Shown piece by piece: positions 58,301 to 64,000 of a DNA stretch of 64,000 nucleotides. The notes under the pieces were generated by a model that saw only the letters and a list, made by a program, of their open reading frames with translations, searched no databases and was not told where the DNA came from. The DNA comes from Neoechinorhynchus agilis. Its lineage: Eukaryota > Animalia > Acanthocephala. Positions within the stretch are counted from its first letter, which is position 1; every line of letters begins with the position of its first letter. The stretch is taken from assembly GCA_051530055.1 (NCBI GenBank), contig CM121341.1:14734784-14798783 (forward strand). The letters run 5' to 3'. The position numbers and the translations under genes are program-made.

Positions 58301-59782
58301 TGAAATAAAGTTGATCAGGCTAATCCAAACGGAGAAGACGGACCGTTTCGATTTAAGCATAGAAGGCTTACGAAAGGCCACAATGACGGATAAGCAGTTG
58401 GCGAAGGTGAAGCGTTGTTTAATCGAAGGATGGCCGAAACGATGCGGAGATGTATCTGCGGCTATTTACAATAGAAAGAATGAACTCAACATAGAAGACG
58501 GCATAGTGATGTATAATCAAAGAATAGTGGTGCCAGAATCTCTCCGAAGCCATTTTCTTAAAATAATGCATCACGGACATCCAGGAGAGAACGCCATGAA
58601 GGCCTTATCGCGTTATTATTGTTAGTGGCCGGAATTGGATCACGACATTATTAGGGAAATAAATACCTGCCAAAATTGTCAACGATTGCGCCCTGAAGCA
58701 CGCGAGGTCCCGTTGATCAATTGGGATGTTCCACAAGGTCCTGGTAAGCGAATACATCTGGACATAGCCGGCCCTATCGAAGGAAAGTTGTAACTGGTGG
58801 CAATGGACGCATACACAAAATGACCCGAAGTATGGTCTGGCAACAATTTCTCAACGGATAATGTCGTCAATCGATTACGCGAATTATTTGTGAGATTTGA
58901 GGTACCAGAAACAATCGTTTCCGATAATGGTCCCCAATTTGCGAGCCACGAATTCAGAGCGTTCTGTCAAGCTAATGGAATCGATGCTGTGCGAACAACC
59001 CCATATCATCCGAAAACTAATGGATTGGTGGAGAGATTCATAAAGACGTTAAAATTAAGGGCGTTGTTGACCAAGACTACGGATAGAAAGAGAGACATCC
59101 AAAGGTTTCTACTCGCATATCGAAATACACCGCACAGCACTACTGGAAAAGCGCCATCGGAGTTAATGTAAGGAAGGAGAATAGCCACATGTCTAGATAA
59201 CCTACGACCAACAACGGAGAAGACGATCAAACGAAATCTGAGAAAGATGAAAGAGCGACATGACGGTAAAAGCGAAATAAGGAAATTCGACGAAAATGAT
59301 ACAGTTTGGGTACGAGATAGCAGACGAAATGAATGGAATGAAGGCATCGTCCTAGCTCAGACTGGACCAAACTCGTACCGAATCAAAACAGGGAAAGATA
59401 GACAGCGATATCACGCGGATCAAATAAGAACGAGAATCCATGACCAAGAGTCACCAAAAAAAGAGACAGTAGATTGGGAACCCGAAAAAAAGAAAGAAAG
59501 CGAAAACATTATGGGACCACGACCTATCGAAAAAGAAGACAGAACCTGTGAAGGCGAAGATAGAGTTGAAACAGGTACAGAGGAAAAGATAGCGATCCCG
59601 GAATTGAGACGAAGCTCTAGAAACCGAAGGAGACCCACAAAACCATATGATCAATATCTCAGAGGGGGAGAAGATGTGATAGGTCGATTAACACGTTTTT
59701 AATCGATTGGTCGACTGGTCGATTAACACACGCTTAATCGATTGAATAAAAAATGTCGCTTAAAAAAGAATACAATGCGACA
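55344..59782 (+). mobile_element. Near full-length Ty3/Gypsy (Mag-like) LTR retrotransposon
   Basis: LTRs 55344-55493 and 59675-59782 (TG..CA), 5-bp TSD TGTCC, PBS-like TGGCGACGAG, PPT AGAGGGGGAGAAGA. Single gag-pol frame with tandem CCHC, protease FDTGA, RT YLDD, RNase H DAS/TDHKPL and integrase; three in-frame stops in the integrase region. Confidence 0.97.
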
Positions 59783-59787
59783 TGTCC

Positions 59788-61320
59788 CAAATAATGAATT
59801 ATGATAGAATACAAACATAGCTTTGTAATTACTTATAAAAACTCGAAAACCAGTTATATTTCGAAGCGGGTGATACTGGCAAGAAAAGTGGCCAAAGCAG
59901 ATATTATTTGCCTCCATTAAAGAGGACCACGTGCCACTTTAACATCACCCCGATTGACCACTTTCTTATTAGGTGAGTTGCAAACTCTGGTTAGAGAATA
60001 TCTTCGCCCAAAACTTTTATACCAAACCTTTCGATACAAATAATCAGCATCGATAATTTTACGAAGAAAAATGATGAGAGGATAATTTTATGTAATATTT
60101 ACATGCCTCCCAGAAAAGTAGGAAAGTTTTTAAAAGATAAGGATCAATAGCTGATGGATTGGGTGCCAGACACCATTTGAGGGGATTTTAATTCCAAATC
60201 CTTAAGCGCTTTAAAAAATGGGAATATAAATAGAAAATTATGGTAACTCCCTAACCATCATTCCACAATTATATACGAGCAGAGTGCATTCATATATTGA
60301 TGCTTATCTGTTAAAGAAATGGATAGACTCGTCTGTAAGAGTTATGGAACAAATGCTGGACCAACGTGCTATGGGATACGACCTAATTAAATTAGAGTTT
60401 GGGTAATTTGATTTAAAGATGAGGGTAACATTTAACACCGAAAGAGCCCTTAAATTTAATACTCAAATAAAGGAGGGTTAACAAGGCAGGGAATCACGCC
60501 GACAGAAATGAACAGCATTATAACCCGGGCTGCAAATGATAATTTGGTTGTTTTTGCTTACGTACACAAGGGAAGGCCGTCGAGGAACACAAATGCTCTA
60601 ATGAGACTGGCTATAATAAATCAACTGGGGGGGAAATTTGACATTTTGTAAATATTTCAAATCTGAATTTTATCAATCACTGGCTAATGAGAGTATAACA
60701 AAAGACAGATTAAAGCTGAAGTCGGTAAAAAAATACTGCTCAAAATTTTGGGGTATACTTTTACAAAAAAATGGGTAGAGTAGAAGAGTAAAGCGGTTAA
60801 TTGGATAGGGTCGATATCATACGCCGAGAGGGTCGGCCAAATTTTATATAAAAATCTATTTTTATAGTGGTAGCTTTGCTCACATGGTTTCCAAGAAATG
60901 TCAAGGACACGATGCTGCTATCCAAGGAGGAGCTAGAGGCCTATTGGGGTAATGTTAATTCATTTGCTAATAATTCCATATCGTGTTCACCTAAGGTGAT
61001 TAAATTGATAAATCAATAGATTAAAGATCAGCTCCTTAATCTATGAAATAGAAGACTAAAATTTGAAGAGCTTTTCGAATTTAATAAAGTAAGAAAGGTA
61101 ATTTTACAAAAAAAAACCCAAAGTTATAGAAAATCCGGGGGGATGTGCGATTAATATCTATTTAAATTTCCCATAAAAAATAACACGAGGGTTTTAGGAA
61201 TGGGCTTTTCCTCAACCCGAGGAAGAACTACAATGAATTCGAATCTGGGCTCACTTTTTATAAATAATAAAATTAAATTATAGAATAAATATATTGAAGC
61301 AGGTCATAGCAAATCCCATA
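59788..61320 (+). mobile_element. Decayed LINE ORF2 (APE endonuclease) remnant continuing after the Gypsy insertion
   Basis: Fragments YLPP, GDFNSKS, IDAY among many stops; resumes after the TGTCC TSD. Confidence 0.35.
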
Positions 61321-61559
61321 CCCATTTTTAAATCTATGTTAGGAGGAGCGTTTTCTTTCTTTGGACGACGGAATCAATACAGAAGGAAGGATCAAGGGGA
61401 AATGGAGTGAGATCGCGATGATCAACAAGCAAGGCAATATAATAAAATACGATTGTTATTGTGACGTCTCTCACCCGGACATTTATTTTAATGTCATATA
61501 TCATTGTCTTCGGGGTGAATTTGATTGTGCGTTGGCGAATCCTGTCCCCGGTGTTTTCG

Positions 61560-63450
61560 TTACTCATTTATTTTAGAAATATTTCGCAAGGTTTCCCTTG
61601 CCTCTTCAGTCTCTAAAATGGAGGACATAGACAGCATGCACAGCCGGTCACGTCTGGATGTAGCTCATATCCGCGGGTTTGCTAATACCCGAAGTCTGGG
61701 GAGTTCCATCCGCACACACCTCTTGCGGTTTGTTGCCGACTAATTTGCCCGTCATGCTACGCAACTTTGGTAGCACCAGCGTGTGGTTTGATTTATTGCC
61801 TTCCATCGTCGGATTTCCCCCGGATGTGAATGGCCTCAAGAATCAGTCTTCTTCTAAGATCCGGTTCGTTGGTTATGAATCTCGCCTTTTCAAAATCCAC
61901 CTTGTGCTGGATTGTTTGCTGGTGGTTCGAGATTGCTGAGGATTTGTCGAATGTCCTGCAAGCTTGTTTATGCTGCGAAATCCGTTCCTGATCCCTTGCG
62001 TGGTTTGTCCAATGTAGACCTTTTGGCATTCTGCACATGGGATTTTGTATATCCCTAAATTGGTCTCTTGCTTGGTTTTCCTCTTGAGAATGCCCGCAAC
62101 GGATGCGCCCCGTTTGTTGTAGATCAAAAGATTTGGAGCGAGGTAGTTGAAGCGCCTCAGTTTTTCGGTCGTGTTGTCACTTATGTGGTTAAAGCCACTG
62201 TATTTGAGGGAGATGCTCGCGGTATCCTTTTTCTTGCGATGGCCGCTATGTGTTGCCTTTTTCAGACTGATTTTGATGGCATATTCAGGGTAGCCTCGTT
62301 CCCAATCCCTGCTTTCTGAAGAAATCATCCTGGCCCTCTTGAAGTAGGACGTTGCCGCTGTTATTTTATAGTGGAACGGTTGGTTGCTCGACCAGTGAGG
62401 TGAACCCCATGCTATACCTGGTTTGCGGTAGAGCTGTGTTTTGATGTTGCCTTTATCATCGTGTTTTATCTTTACGTCCAAAAAGGAGATAGCCCCTTCT
62501 TCATCTTCCTGAGTCATTGACAACTGGATGTTTGGATCCTCCATGTTGAGTGGAATGCTTAGGTCTCCCATGCTCGTTTCATCATCAGTGACTATGAACA
62601 CGTCGTCAACATAGCGATACCACTTTTTGATGTAGGGTTGCTTCTTCAAGAAGTTGTTTTCCCATCTTCTCATGTAGAGATAAGCTAGAGTGGGTGCCAG
62701 AGGTGAACCCATTGCAACTCCGTCGCGTTGTTCATAGAAAAGTTGATCGAATTCAAAAACGGTCTTGCATGTGCACCACTGCAGTAGAGTTATCCACATT
62801 TTATGATCAAGGCGCGGTTCTTCGCATTGATTGTGTAGAAGTTCAGCTGCTATGGAAATTGTCTCTTGGAGTGGAATGTTGGTAAATAAGGACGTTACGT
62901 CGGCCGTGAAGAATTTGCACTGTTCATACTTTTCCAGTCGCACTCGGGACGGAGTGTTCGGCATAACGCTTCTTATTAGTGCATTGATTCTACGGGTCAA
63001 ACGATGATTGAAGGCAATGTAGCTGGCTATTATTGGTCGGTATTGTATCGTTGGTTTGTGTATTTTTGGGGAAAGATACGAGAAGGAAGCCCTGGCTGTA
63101 GAAGACCTCGTCTGTTGATGAAAGTGCTCAGTAATCGTGTTATTTTTCCGTAGAGTCCTCAAGAATTCATTTAGTTGTGTCTCCCGTTTTTCTGTTGGAT
63201 TGGAACTGAGTGTGATGAACTTGCCAGAGTCCAGCAGACTGTGGGCCGCATCGGTATACTCTTCAATATCTACTGCAACTAGGGCACGTCCCTTGTCCGA
63301 TTTAAGGATTGTAACTGCCTGGTCATTCTTAAGTTGTTTGATTACTGTGCATTCTGGGTTACAGATACCCTTGCTTCCGGCTCTCGCGATCATATCATAT
63401 TCTGCTGCTTCACAGGTTACGTCTGAAGCGGTATGTATGCGTAGCTCCAT
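61560..63450 (-). mobile_element. Penelope-like element (RT plus GIY-YIG), slightly decayed
   Basis: KSDKGRALV, PKIHKP..YRPII, DVTSLFTNIP, EQRDGVAMGSPLAP, WYRYVDDVF, ISFLDV, GIYKIPCAECQKVYIGQT; frameshift in the endonuclease, then RRRLILEAIHI. Confidence 0.95.
61571..61618 (-). ncRNA. Type I hammerhead ribozyme at the 3' end of the Penelope-like element
   Basis: Minus strand TTTTAGAGA-CTGAAGA-G-GCAAGG(GAAA)CCTTGC-GAAA-TA-TTTCTAAAA: 9-bp stem I (one G-U), 6-bp stem II, intact core. Confidence 0.8.
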
Positions 63451-63479
63451 GTCACATCTAATCTGGGTTTCACATATTC

Positions 63480-64000
63480 GACGTGATCGAATTTTCGAGA
63501 CTCGCCGGTCTCCTCTTCAGGTGTTGTCAACATCTAAAACATAAACAAGCGCTCGCTCAACATCAATTTACGTTTTGATTCAGGACCCCGGGTCCGTCAT
63601 GCCCGTTAGCAGAGGCGCAATTTTCCGTGCTGCAACCCGTGGGGAACTTAGGTCATGAGCGGATATCTGCGGTTGATAACTTCAGGTTCACATTCCCTTT
63701 GTTGCCTTCCATACGCTCTTGTCGCTCGGCCTGTTCTATCATCATGGACTCCATTATGTGCCTTCGTTGTAGGTGATCCTCGCTCATTAACATTGCTGCA
63801 TTTTCAAATCCGATAGAGTGCGAGTTTTCGTGCGCATCGTTCAACATCGCTGACGTCGTGCCCGCGTCCGCATGAAATAACGGTGTTGTCTAATGCGCAT
63901 GTCCAGCTCCTGCATTGTTTGACCGATGTACATGGCTTCGCAATCTAGACAGGGAATAGCGTACACTCCTCGAACACCCTTTCGCATCGGTTTGCGTTTG
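63480..64000 (-). mobile_element. 3' end of a second Penelope-like element (GIY-YIG plus hammerhead core), running off the window
   Basis: Manual translation GVYAIPCLDCEAMYIGQT...RIRQH, frameshift, then RRHIMESMMI; CTGAAGA-G-GAGAC(6)GTCTC-GAAA at ~63494-63521 with weak stem I. Confidence 0.8.

Noticed and set aside
1-64000. CRISPR arrays, rRNA or prokaryotic defence systems
   Set aside because: The DNA is eukaryotic (spliceosomal introns, metazoan gene families); the only regular repeat array is coding mucin sequence.

Overview
Eukaryotic, AT-rich (most likely invertebrate animal) genomic DNA with compact genes and many transposon relics. Host genes: two tandem copies of ERCC2/XPD inside a ~4.3-kb direct duplication, a synaptophysin-like MARVEL gene head-to-head with an NDUFS5-like gene, an N-terminally MGC-tagged ankyrin-repeat gene, PPP4R3/SMEK, SPTLC2 (all introns GT-AG), three paralogous secreted S/T/E-rich mucin-like genes, and an unresolved multi-exon gene near 45-48 kb. 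Mobile DNA: a Tc1/mariner derivative, TA-flanked MITEs, two Ty3/Gypsy LTR elements with target-site duplications, several Penelope-like elements carrying hammerhead ribozyme motifs, and CR1/L2, RTE, CRE-type and hAT fragments. Main observation: five unrelated, otherwise intact genes (XPD in both copies, synaptophysin-like, NDUFS5-like, ankyrin, SMEK) are each broken by one 52-170 nt frame-disrupting insert. Each insert folds into a terminal hairpin, can be written as ending in TA (TA...TA direct repeat in 4 of 5), and has no GT-AG ends at the register that restores family homology. This suggests a class of non-canonical hairpin introns (or precisely excised TA-bounded DNA elements) coexisting with ordinary GT-AG introns. 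Family assignments rest on motifs recalled from memory; no database search was run.
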